From a virus (Duplodnaviria; Caudoviricetes), in the IMG/VR virus record IMGVR_UViG_3300020042_010754, positions 1-50,343 of that record: a stretch of 50,343 nucleotides of DNA. One strand, written 5' to 3'. Shown piece by piece: positions 32,955 through 41,718 of the stretch (position 1 is the stretch's first letter; each line of letters opens with the position of its first letter). The notes under the pieces are model-generated. The model made no database searches. It was not told the DNA's origin and worked only from the letters and a program-made list of their open reading frames with translations. The position numbers were made by a program, and so were the translations under genes.

Positions 32955-34139
32955 ATGATCAAGATTGAACAAAACCCCAAGTTGGGTTACTATACGGTTG
33001 GCACAGAAAAATTTTTTAGCAAGCCCATGGCGTTGACACAGGCCACAAAACTCAATCAGTTTCCTGAGTGGAATTTTAATCGTAGTACGTTTGACCAGTA
33101 CAACTGGAGTACTGAACCTGAACTCAGTATTAAAGAACTGTATAGAATTCGTGCGCAGCAATTAAGAGACCGGTACGACTACATAAGATTAGAAGTATCC
33201 GGCGGCGGCGACAGTGCTACGGCTGCATTTAGTTTTATACTCAACGGCATACACCTAGACGAAGTGGTTTTTCGGTATCCCAAGACAGGGGAAAAAAATG
33301 TCACCGACGATCCGTTCAATACTAAACCTGAGAACACACTTAGTGAGTGGAAGTACGCTGCACAACCACTGTTGCAATGGATTTCTACACATTCACCAAA
33401 AACTAAAATCACAATTCATGACTATTCCGAAGACATGTTGTCCAGCAATCACGACGAATCTTGGGTGTATCGCACCAAAGATTATTTTCAGCCAGGGCAC
33501 GTATTCAAACACACCGTGGACGCAGTAGACAGTCATAAGATAACCTTGGATCGGGGACGGAGCGTGTGCATGCTATGGGGAATTGACAAGCCCAAGGTCT
33601 GTATCAAAGATTCAAAATGGTATCTGTACTTTATGGATGTGCAAGCCAACTGTGCCAATCCTGAAGTGGGGCAGTGGGACAACATCACTAATGAATATTT
33701 TTTTTGGTCTCCAGACCTACCAGAGTTGCTATGCAAACAGGCTCACACAATTCGCAGGTGGTTTGATTTACCTTCTAACAAATATCTACAACATCTGGCG
33801 CGGTGGCCCAACTACAGTTTTGCACAACGCACCACGTTTGAACACATCATTAAACCACTGTTGTACCCCGATTACGATCCTGCCACATTTCAAACGTCCA
33901 AACCTACCAACAGTTTTTACAACGAAATGGATCAATGGTTCTACGCCAACTTCCAAGACACTCGTGTTTATCAAGTTTGGCAAGCAGGGTTAAAGTACTT
34001 GGTAGATAATATTGATCCAAAATATTTTAACAACGAGATGGGCAGGCCTGTGGGTTTTGTGGGTTTTATCAGTCCGTTTTACTACTTGGGTGACGCTGCG
34101 TATCACAGCACGGGAATCAATGATCACTTTAAATTTTAA
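32955..34139 (+). CDS. PP-loop (adenine nucleotide alpha-hydrolase-like) protein
   Basis: SGGGDS motif, GIDKP. Confidence 0.65.
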   Translation: MIKIEQNPKLGYYTVGTEKFFSKPMALTQATKLNQFPEWNFNRSTFDQYNWSTEPELSIKELYRIRAQQLRDRYDYIRLEVSGGGDSATAAFSFILNGIHLDEVVFRYPKTGEKNVTDDPFNTKPENTLSEWKYAAQPLLQWISTHSPKTKITIHDYSEDMLSSNHDESWVYRTKDYFQPGHVFKHTVDAVDSHKITLDRGRSVCMLWGIDKPKVCIKDSKWYLYFMDVQANCANPEVGQWDNITNEYFFWSPDLPELLCKQAHTIRRWFDLPSNKYLQHLARWPNYSFAQRTTFEHIIKPLLYPDYDPATFQTSKPTNSFYNEMDQWFYANFQDTRVYQVWQAGLKYLVDNIDPKYFNNEMGRPVGFVGFISPFYYLGDAAYHSTGINDHFKF

Positions 34140-34194
34140 TATAAAAACTAGTTAATTGGTTTTTTAAGCAAATCAACTGAACTAAATAAAACTA

Positions 34195-34305
34195 GCAGCG
34201 TCGCAAGTCGCCGGAATTTTAGTTGACGCCTGGAGCGGCCAAACTCCTTTACTGATGTGTTGCATCAGAACGCCAGCTTCCGTAAGCATGTTTCTACACA
34301 TGTCA
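34195..34305 (+). promoter_or_regulatory. Structured, pseudoknotted 5' leader RNA of the dctP-like gene
   Basis: GCGTC/GACGC, GGAG/CTCC, CTGATG/CATCAG, CGGAA/TTCCG, CATGT/ACATG; after CTAAATA. Confidence 0.55.
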
Positions 34306-34336
34306 GCATCAAAATCATTTAACTAGGAAAAAACAA

Positions 34337-35284
34337 ATGAAAAAAATTACTAAAATTCGTTGGGTTGTTGCACATGATCCACTATACCTATTCTTGCGTG
34401 CCGCTGAAGATTTTCAATCAGAAGTAAATGCACGTAGTAAGGATCATAAAATTGAAGTTGAAATTATGACCCCAGCGCAATATGCTGAACGATACAACGA
34501 AGGAAAATACATTCCTCGCCAAGAGTTGTTTGGCCTCATGCACGAAGGTAAAATTGAAATGAGCCAAATGGTAACTACCACATTGGCAGCAAAATTCAAT
34601 CCAGACATGCACATTCTTGATATGCCGTTCTTGTTTAATGATCACGATCATGCAAGCCGTGCATTGGAAGGAGAGCCAGGTAAACAATTACTCCGCAGTT
34701 TCAGCAAAGAAAGCAATATTCGCGGACTGGCATTCACATACTCCGGCGGATTCCGTTGTGTTCCATCTGGTAAAAATATCAAAAGTCTAGCAGACCTTGC
34801 TGGAGAAACAATCCGTACAGGCATGAACCCAATGGCACGTGATACATTTGCTGCCATTGGTGCCAAGCCAGTAAGTATGGAACTTGAAGAAATGAATGGT
34901 GCTGTTCGTGAAGGTCATGTGATTGGCGGCGAAAGTGCCTGGCCTCGCATTTACCCAACACAACAAAACACATTCAGCAAATCAGTTGTTGATACTGAAC
35001 ACAGTTTGTTCTTGACCAGTATCATTGTCAGTGAAAACTTCTGGAACACGTTGAGTCCTGAGCTGCAACAAATCATTGCTGAGGCTGCTGTTGCTGCCGG
35101 ACGTACAGAACGCCAACGCAGTATTGAAGATGGTGCCGACGCCATGGTCAAGTGCGAGCAAGAAGGTATTAAAGTTATCAAAATCAGCAAAGAAGAACGA
35201 GAGACCTTTAAGAAAAACACTGAGTCCTTGTATGAAAAATATCAATTTGCGCCTGGCTTGTTGACTGCCATTAGAAATAGTTAA
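34337..35284 (+). CDS. dctP: TRAP transporter substrate-binding protein (DctP-like), no signal peptide
   Basis: DMPFLFND.DHA, YSGGFR, DLAG..IR, F.AIGAKP, FWNTLSPELQ. Confidence 0.85.
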   Translation: MKKITKIRWVVAHDPLYLFLRAAEDFQSEVNARSKDHKIEVEIMTPAQYAERYNEGKYIPRQELFGLMHEGKIEMSQMVTTTLAAKFNPDMHILDMPFLFNDHDHASRALEGEPGKQLLRSFSKESNIRGLAFTYSGGFRCVPSGKNIKSLADLAGETIRTGMNPMARDTFAAIGAKPVSMELEEMNGAVREGHVIGGESAWPRIYPTQQNTFSKSVVDTEHSLFLTSIIVSENFWNTLSPELQQIIAEAAVAAGRTERQRSIEDGADAMVKCEQEGIKVIKISKEERETFKKNTESLYEKYQFAPGLLTAIRNS

Positions 35285-35346
35285 TTCATTTTAACCACCA
35301 CCTCGTGCCATTGGCACGAGGTTCATCTAAAACTTAAAGAAAACTT

Positions 35347-36297
35347 ATGATTAAAAATCTTTTCATTGCCATAACTCTGGCTATAATTAGCGTATCCTCG
35401 TCTGCTCAGCAGACTATTTCAATTGCCTGGCCATACAGCATGAGCCACGGTACCACTGTTTTAATGTTTCCATTACTGGAAGAGGCCAACCGATCTCAGA
35501 ATCAATATAATTTTATTCTTGAATCCAAGCCTGGAGCAAACGGTCAGATAGCACTAAATCATATGAACCAACTGCCTGTCTCACGTATGGCTGTTATTGC
35601 ACCTGTTTTTGTACAACTTGCAGTTGATGGTAAGATTCGTGAAGAGGACTATAGATACCTTGTTGGATTAGGGGATCTTTGTTTTGCCATATGGGACAAA
35701 CATAGTGAATCTGAAAAAGGTCTTGCTGGCCTAAAAGGCACTGGCGAAATTGTGTTGGGCAACAACGGTTGGGGCAATTCGGGGCACTTGACTGCTTTGG
35801 AAATTGCATCTAAATACAATCTCACTGTTAAAAATATTGTGTTCAAAAGTAACTTCGACGGCCTAGTTAATCTCACACAAAACGGAGGAATAACTCAAGT
35901 TTTAGAGTCAACCAAAGCATTTGATAGTCTTAAATCTCATGCACTAACCCCAGCCAACCCATTAGCAATAACTTGTTCAATTCGTCGTAAAGAAATGCCA
36001 AATGTAAAAACATCCGCCGAGCAAGGAATTGTTACGCCTGGTCCATGGAACATTATTATTGCCAACAAAGAGATGCCAGTAGACACACAAAAAGCAATCA
36101 CTGCTATTATTAATCGCGCTTTGATAACATTAGGAGAGGAGAAGATTCTTGAAATATCAAGTCTACATCCTGTGGTATTTCAAAAGAACAAAGATGTTGA
36201 GATTTATTACAAAACCAGGTCAACTGCTCAAAAAGCGTTGTTGCAAAAATATCAATCAGTCATTGACGCTGATAGAGGAGTCGGTGAAAAGAAATGA
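35347..36297 (+). CDS. Tripartite tricarboxylate transporter (Bug/TctC-like) substrate-binding protein
   Basis: Signal peptide, ESKPGANGQIA, GNSGHL, PNVKTSAEQG. Confidence 0.75.
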   Translation: MIKNLFIAITLAIISVSSSAQQTISIAWPYSMSHGTTVLMFPLLEEANRSQNQYNFILESKPGANGQIALNHMNQLPVSRMAVIAPVFVQLAVDGKIREEDYRYLVGLGDLCFAIWDKHSESEKGLAGLKGTGEIVLGNNGWGNSGHLTALEIASKYNLTVKNIVFKSNFDGLVNLTQNGGITQVLESTKAFDSLKSHALTPANPLAITCSIRRKEMPNVKTSAEQGIVTPGPWNIIIANKEMPVDTQKAITAIINRALITLGEEKILEISSLHPVVFQKNKDVEIYYKTRSTAQKALLQKYQSVIDADRGVGEKK

Positions 36298-36386
36298 CTG
36301 ATCAAGAATATAAAATTGGTTTAAAAATATCAGTAATTGCTGTGGGCTTGTACCTGTTACTAGTACTTGTATGCCATACTATTTAG
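36294..36386 (+). CDS. Small single-TM protein (30 aa)
   Basis: ATGA overlap; MTDQEYKIGLKISVIAVGLYLLLVLVCHTI. Confidence 0.45.
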   Translation: MTDQEYKIGLKISVIAVGLYLLLVLVCHTI

Positions 36387-36387
36387 A

Positions 36388-36416
36388 TTGACAACAAAAT
36401 CAAATAAATATATAAT
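36388..36416 (+). promoter_or_regulatory. Consensus promoter of tmRNA
   Basis: TTGACA-17-TATAAT with ATAAATA inside. Confidence 0.85.
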
Positions 36417-36420
36417 GTAA

Positions 36421-36848
36421 GTTATTGCTGTATGAAGCAAAGAGAAAAGTGTTCTGGACGGGGGTGCGAATCCCCCCAGGTCCACCAAAAGTATTGTGAA
36501 CTGAAACAAGTAATGAACCCGAACTGTGTACAGGTAGAGGTGTAGTGAACAAAAGTAGGTGGCACAGGCTAGTACAACGGAAGAGGTGTTAAACCCGTAG
36601 ATTAAGTTCCTACGCTCTCGCTCAACCGATGCCAGTAGATCGTACCTACTATACTTTTGATGGGCCTGACCTAGATTCGACAGGGCAACAAGTAAATTAG
36701 TGGACAGCTCGGCAATGTAGAAGCCGTTAGGACAGGGGTGACCCGGTCGTAGACACAAAAAAAGTAAAAGCAAACGACTCACAGTTCGCATTAGCAGCCT
36801 AACAGCCGCTTAGGGTAGTTATACCTCGTAACAGAAAATAGCAATAGG
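36421..36848 (+). ncRNA. ssrA: Circularly permuted two-piece tmRNA, tag ANDSQFALAA
   Basis: Acceptor piece with T arm ends CAGGTCCACCA (36487). Coding piece starts GGGCCTGA..GATTCGAC (36662) with G3:U70. Tag ORF 36770-36802. Confidence 0.92.
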
Positions 36849-36872
36849 CTCTTCGGAGCCTATTTTTTTTTA
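36846..36872 (+). terminator. Intrinsic terminator
   Basis: TAGGCTC-TTCG-GAGCCTA + T run. Confidence 0.92.
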
Positions 36873-36915
36873 TTCAAGATACATCATATAAATACTTGCC
36901 TAATAGGAGAATAAC

Positions 36916-37191
36916 ATGCGTACAACTACTGTTGTTTGGGATGAGACTAGTGTCAATGAAACCACATTTAGAACAATGATGGGCGAAGGCGCGGCAAATA
37001 TCACCGGATTTGGTTTTGAAGAACACATGACCAGGACCATTGGGCCTAGCATAGTTGATAGCGTCCTGACTGGATCTACCTGGCATACTATAACTAGAAG
37101 CTGGCCCACACTAGAAGCAGCAGAACAATGGATTACTTTTGTAACAAACCACAACCCTGCTCCTGTTAGTGCTGTTATCAATCCTGAATGA
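36916..37191 (+). CDS. Hypothetical protein (late promoter TATAAATA upstream)
   Basis: AGGAG RBS. Confidence 0.75.
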   Translation: MRTTTVVWDETSVNETTFRTMMGEGAANITGFGFEEHMTRTIGPSIVDSVLTGSTWHTITRSWPTLEAAEQWITFVTNHNPAPVSAVINPE

Positions 37192-37460
37192 CACCTGCTG
37201 TTAAATTCTATAAAATAAAGCTGATTAAAAACTTACTTGAATATTCACAACGGGTAAGAAATCAGTTATTAGATGAGTTAGTTACCAATGCAACTGATCC
37301 TGTTGTTTATTCTCGCAGACTCAGGATGCTTCGGCATGTAAATTTATATGAGAATCAGCTTATACAAAAAATACAAAACTTTGACACAGATGATGTTGAC
37401 GATTTTGCACAAGTCAATCTCAAACGAGAATTAAATCGTATAACACATCGTAGTGCATGA
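37188..37460 (+). CDS. Hypothetical protein
   Basis: ATGA coupling. Confidence 0.7.
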   Translation: MTPAVKFYKIKLIKNLLEYSQRVRNQLLDELVTNATDPVVYSRRLRMLRHVNLYENQLIQKIQNFDTDDVDDFAQVNLKRELNRITHRSA

Positions 37461-38614
37461 AGCCATTATTACTATCAGTCAACCCTGATTACTTTTATCG
37501 GATACTTGACTGGCAAAAAAAATCGTACACGTTAATCCACGGTGGATTACTATTAATAGGAGATCTAGCTCGGGTAGACGGCTTTGATCAATACAATCAT
37601 TTAATAGATCTAAACTCAGTATTTTCTACCAATCCCACCGGGGATCCAGTGGATCGCACCCAAACATATCAAGGTCCATTTAATTTTCATGTTCAACGAC
37701 CTTGGCAAGTGCCTGAAAAATCTGTAACTCTCGACAATGTGATTGAACGTCGAGTACGACATTACCAGGAATTGAATCAGCAATTGAATTTGTGCTGGAG
37801 TGGTGGGATTGATTCAACCTGTATTTTGGCTGGGTTTTTACAACATACACCCCACCTAGCACAACTTCGAGTATTGTATACCCCATTTAGCATTTACGAA
37901 AATCCTGAATTCTACAATCATGTTCGAACAAGATTTCCACAATTGGAAATGTTAGATATCAGCGGTGATGTGTATTTAAAAAACAAATTTGACGGTGTAA
38001 TGATCAATGGCCACGGTGGTGATGAATTCACAGCAAGCCTAGATGAAAGTTTTTTTGATTTGCTTGGATCTGAAGGCTTGCACGGGCCTTGGCAAGATTA
38101 CGTTTACAAAACAACGTCTAATCAGAATCTAATTGACTTTTGCGAGCAATTTTTTACCTTGGCAAGACGACCAATTACCACTGTGCTTCAAGCTCGTTGG
38201 TGGTTTTATGCTGCAACCAAGAGTCAAGTGTATGCCCCACGAGATGGCATGTTTTCTACAACTGCCACGACAAGTGCGTTTTTTGATTGTCAAGAATTTG
38301 AAGATTACATGTGGCACAACACTGATCAGATTATTGCACCCGGAGAGGACTACCGAAAATACAAACAATTTTTAAAACAATATATATATGAATTTGATCA
38401 CAATCTTGACCGCTGTAATACCGCGCAAAAAGTCACCAGCGAACAATTCATTTTGTACACCAGAAAGAAAATTACACTTGCGGGACAGCAATGGATTGCA
38501 CGTTTATCTGACGGCACTCAAATCTGCACTCCAAATTTACCACTATTCAGTCAATTAGAGTTCAACAACAAATATGGACGCAGTCTTGATTACCTGTTTA
38601 ATTATACATTATGA
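37457..38614 (+). CDS. Asparagine-synthase-like PP-loop protein
   Basis: WSGGIDST and NGHGGDE motifs, YKQFLK. Confidence 0.7.
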   Translation: MKPLLLSVNPDYFYRILDWQKKSYTLIHGGLLLIGDLARVDGFDQYNHLIDLNSVFSTNPTGDPVDRTQTYQGPFNFHVQRPWQVPEKSVTLDNVIERRVRHYQELNQQLNLCWSGGIDSTCILAGFLQHTPHLAQLRVLYTPFSIYENPEFYNHVRTRFPQLEMLDISGDVYLKNKFDGVMINGHGGDEFTASLDESFFDLLGSEGLHGPWQDYVYKTTSNQNLIDFCEQFFTLARRPITTVLQARWWFYAATKSQVYAPRDGMFSTTATTSAFFDCQEFEDYMWHNTDQIIAPGEDYRKYKQFLKQYIYEFDHNLDRCNTAQKVTSEQFILYTRKKITLAGQQWIARLSDGTQICTPNLPLFSQLEFNNKYGRSLDYLFNYTL

Positions 38615-39099
38615 TTCCAGAACATCTTTTACATCTATATCCGGGTAAAAAAAATTATTCCAAAACAGCTGGTTTGGAAATTGAATTTTCATCAGGAGTG
38701 CTGATTGGTAAAACATGGTATCCAGGTGACGAAGGTGATCTCAACATAACAATTGCTCTGGATGGAAAAATTTTATGTGTACAATTGTTGAGTTCAACTA
38801 TTACCAAGTTTGTTTATAATTTTGATGACACCAGCGAAACAACCGAGCGAGAACTGACTATTATGTTGAATGGGCACGACAATGGCCCAATGTTGCGTAT
38901 ACATGCAATTAGAATTGAAGGACTCAACATGAGATTGACCATGGAAGATTCTGGGCAATGTATCATGCGCGGCCAGACATGTGTTCCATCCGAATACATG
39001 GGACAGGTGGGGCACCAAAGTTTAAAATTTACCACACCAATTTATCCGTGGTTGTTGAGCAACCAACAAAAGCCCACCTATTATTATGAAAACATTTAG
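38611..39099 (+). CDS. Hypothetical protein
   Basis: ATGA coupling; FTTPIYPWLL. Confidence 0.7.
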   Translation: MIPEHLLHLYPGKKNYSKTAGLEIEFSSGVLIGKTWYPGDEGDLNITIALDGKILCVQLLSSTITKFVYNFDDTSETTERELTIMLNGHDNGPMLRIHAIRIEGLNMRLTMEDSGQCIMRGQTCVPSEYMGQVGHQSLKFTTPIYPWLLSNQQKPTYYYENI

Positions 39100-39181
39100 C
39101 CAGTTTCATTGGCAATCTAAAGATTTTATCATATAATACTAGAACTAGATCGCAAATGGAAGTTTAATACAAAGGACAACT

Positions 39182-39475
39182 GTGAGCAGTGAACAAGATA
39201 AACTCAAACACAGCAAGCGATTGCTTAAAGATGAAAACACTATAAAGAAGCAAACCAAGATTGCAAAATCTGCAGGATCAGATGTTAGTCAACCACACAG
39301 GTTTGTAAAACACCATGCCATGAACTGCGGTGATCCAAATTGCGTGATGTGTGCTAACCCTCGTAAAGTTTTCAAAGAGCCAACACAGCAAGAAAAACGA
39401 CTGTTTCAGGATCTGGACCAGATTCGTGATACTCGAAATAACGGATTAACTACTAAGGACAATGATGAACTATAA
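39182..39475 (+). CDS. Conserved phage hypothetical protein (C.DPNC..C.NPR)
   Basis: AAGGA RBS, GTG start. Confidence 0.75.
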   Translation: MSSEQDKLKHSKRLLKDENTIKKQTKIAKSAGSDVSQPHRFVKHHAMNCGDPNCVMCANPRKVFKEPTQQEKRLFQDLDQIRDTRNNGLTTKDNDEL

Positions 39476-39719
39476 AAAAGACCCCACTGCTGGTCTCAGC
39501 AACGAAGAAGCTGTTGCTAAAATTGGCAATCGATACGATCTAGTATTGGTTGCTGCACGCCGGATGCGTGAGCTTGGAAGAGGGGCCATGCCACATGTTC
39601 CAAGCAAGCATAGTCCAGCTGTGACTGCTCTGCTTGAAATTGAGGCAGGCCGAGTTGGGATTGATTACTTGTACAAACCACAAGACGTTGAACCGCGCCG
39701 TAGAAGGTTAGATCGTTAA
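39462..39719 (+). CDS. rpoZ: RNA polymerase omega subunit homolog
   Basis: IGNRYDLVLVAARRMREL...AVTALLEIEAG. Confidence 0.88.
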   Translation: MMNYKKDPTAGLSNEEAVAKIGNRYDLVLVAARRMRELGRGAMPHVPSKHSPAVTALLEIEAGRVGIDYLYKPQDVEPRRRRLDR

Positions 39720-40123
39720 TGGCTAGCAAAATTTGGGATTCCATTAACGGAACTGCGCTCAAGAGCTTGCCCAATGCGGCTAAGGGATACGAACAAAGAA
39801 TCACAATTCCAGAATTTACATTTTTGGGGGTTCATAATCAGCCTGATTTTGGTGACATCACCATGTGGTTCTATGGCAAAGATAAAACTATTGAACTCAA
39901 GAGTTTGAAACAGTATCTGTTTCAATACCGAGATACTATCATCAGTTACGAACGTTGCCTGGACGTGATGTACAAACATCTTGTGGCAGCATATGCTCCT
40001 GATCGCCTGCGTATTGAAATTGAATTTCGGCCACGTGGGGGTATTAGCAGTAGCATGACAGTTGACAGTGATTGGGGACACCTGGGCGGTTCTGACACAC
40101 TGTGGCAACATCATAAAAATTAA
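39719..40123 (+). CDS. queF: QueF-like T-fold protein lacking the catalytic Cys
   Basis: PEFT...[13 protein letters not shown] QueF motif, PRGGI. Confidence 0.78.
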   Translation: MASKIWDSINGTALKSLPNAAKGYEQRITIPEFTFLGVHNQPDFGDITMWFYGKDKTIELKSLKQYLFQYRDTIISYERCLDVMYKHLVAAYAPDRLRIEIEFRPRGGISSSMTVDSDWGHLGGSDTLWQHHKN

Positions 40124-40130
40124 GGAACAC

Positions 40131-41417
40131 ATGGATTACAAAGTTAAAGATATTGCCCTGGCAAGCTGGGGACGCAAGGAAATTGCCATTGCCGAAAGCG
40201 AAATGCCGGGCTTGATGGCAGTCAGGCGAGAATATGCTGCTGCCAAGCCCCTGGCCGGCGCACGTATTGCCGGCAGTTTACACATGACTATTCAAACTGC
40301 TGTGTTGGTTGAAACCCTGATTGACCTGGGCGCCAGTGTTCGCTGGAGTAGCTGCAATATTTTCAGCACTCAGGATCAAGCCGCCGCGGCTCTGGCTACA
40401 CAAGGTATTCCTGTATTTGCCTGGAAAGGTGAAACTGAAGACGAGTACTGGTGGTGTCTTGAACAAACTCTTGAAGGACCCAACGGCTGGCGTCCCAACA
40501 TGTTGCTGGACGACGGGCATGACTTGACTGGATATGTGCATGATCGTAGGCCAGATCTATTGGCAGGTATTATTGGGGTTACCGAAGAAACCACAACTGG
40601 CATTCACAAGCTGCTGGCTCGTGTGGCTGCTGGCACTCTCAAGATGCCTGCTATCAACGTCAATGACTCGGTCACCAAGACCAAGTTTGATAACTTGTAT
40701 GGCTGCCGTGAAAGTCTAGTTGATGCTATCAAACGTGCAACTGATGTCATGATCGCTGGCAAGGTTGCTGTGGTAGCCGGTTATGGAGACGTGGGCAAGG
40801 GATCGGCACAGGCCTTGCGAGCACTTAGCGCACAAGTCTGGGTAACCGAGATTGATCCTATTTGTGCATTGCAAGCAGCCATGGAAGGCTACCGTGTGGT
40901 CACCATGGAGTATGCTGCTGACAAAGCAGACATCTTTGTTGCGGCTACCGGCAACGTTGGTATCATTACTCGCGCACACATGGCAGCAATGAAAAACAAC
41001 GCCATTGTTTGCAACATTGGGCACTTTGATACCGAGATTGATGTTGCTGGCATCAAGGATTGTGTATGGGAAAACATCAAACCACAGGTGGATCACATCA
41101 TCTTCCCTGGTGGCAAGCGCATTATCTTGTTGGCAGAAGGGCGACTGGTAAATCTTGGTTGCGGTACTGGCCACCCTAGCTTTGTAATGAGCAACAGTTT
41201 TACCAACCAGGTGTTGGCACAGATTGAATTGTTTAGTCATGCAAACCGGTACGAGTCCGGAAAACTCTATCTGTTGCCCAGGCACATTGACGAACAAGTT
41301 GCACGACTACACCTGGGACAACTTGGTGCCCAGCTCACTGAGTTGACTCCGGAGCAGGCAGCATATATCAACGTTGATGTTAGCGGACCCTACAAGGTAG
41401 ACGCATACCGATACTGA
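40131..41417 (+). CDS. ahcY: S-adenosylhomocysteine hydrolase
   Basis: [56 protein letters not shown]. Confidence 0.97.
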   Translation: MDYKVKDIALASWGRKEIAIAESEMPGLMAVRREYAAAKPLAGARIAGSLHMTIQTAVLVETLIDLGASVRWSSCNIFSTQDQAAAALATQGIPVFAWKGETEDEYWWCLEQTLEGPNGWRPNMLLDDGHDLTGYVHDRRPDLLAGIIGVTEETTTGIHKLLARVAAGTLKMPAINVNDSVTKTKFDNLYGCRESLVDAIKRATDVMIAGKVAVVAGYGDVGKGSAQALRALSAQVWVTEIDPICALQAAMEGYRVVTMEYAADKADIFVAATGNVGIITRAHMAAMKNNAIVCNIGHFDTEIDVAGIKDCVWENIKPQVDHIIFPGGKRIILLAEGRLVNLGCGTGHPSFVMSNSFTNQVLAQIELFSHANRYESGKLYLLPRHIDEQVARLHLGQLGAQLTELTPEQAAYINVDVSGPYKVDAYRY

Positions 41418-41431
41418 TCAACATGCCAAAC

Positions 41432-41454
41432 AAAATGCCCGCAAGGGCATTTTT
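41432..41454 (+). terminator. Intrinsic (bidirectional) terminator
   Basis: AAAATGCCC-GCAA-GGGCATTTTT. Confidence 0.9.
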
Positions 41455-41460
41455 CATGAT

Positions 41461-41489
41461 TTGACCATTAATCGCTCTTGTGCTATAAT
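41461..41489 (+). promoter_or_regulatory. sigma70 early-type promoter
   Basis: TTGACC-17-TATAAT with TG. Confidence 0.8.
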
Positions 41490-41518
41490 ACACTCATAGC
41501 AACAAAAGGAACTGTAAC

Positions 41519-41656
41519 ATGGGTCAAATAAGCCAACTTCTAATTGATATACAGTATGCATTGGAGCAAGGCAACGAACCTGCACAAATTGCCGCAGACC
41601 TTGGAATTCCAATTTCCTGGGTGTTTGAAGCCCAGGAAATTGCAGTTGACCAATAA
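41519..41656 (+). CDS. Small HTH-like protein (45 aa)
   Basis: AAAGGA RBS; AQIAADLGIPISWV. Confidence 0.6.
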   Translation: MGQISQLLIDIQYALEQGNEPAQIAADLGIPISWVFEAQEIAVDQ

Positions 41657-41718
41657 TTGTAGATCAGCTACAATAGAAGCTTAGATAGTTAATTTTCCAT
41701 CCACAGAAAGGTTAGTAC

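Noticed and set aside
34252-34270. Hammerhead ribozyme (CTGATG)
   Set aside because: No CUGAUGA/GAAA core; CTGATG is paired in a hairpin
36360-36791. 143-aa minus-strand ORF
   Set aside because: Antisense shadow of the tmRNA gene
40062-40130. SAH riboswitch upstream of ahcY
   Set aside because: Only 7 nt separate the queF-like stop from the ahcY start, leaving no room
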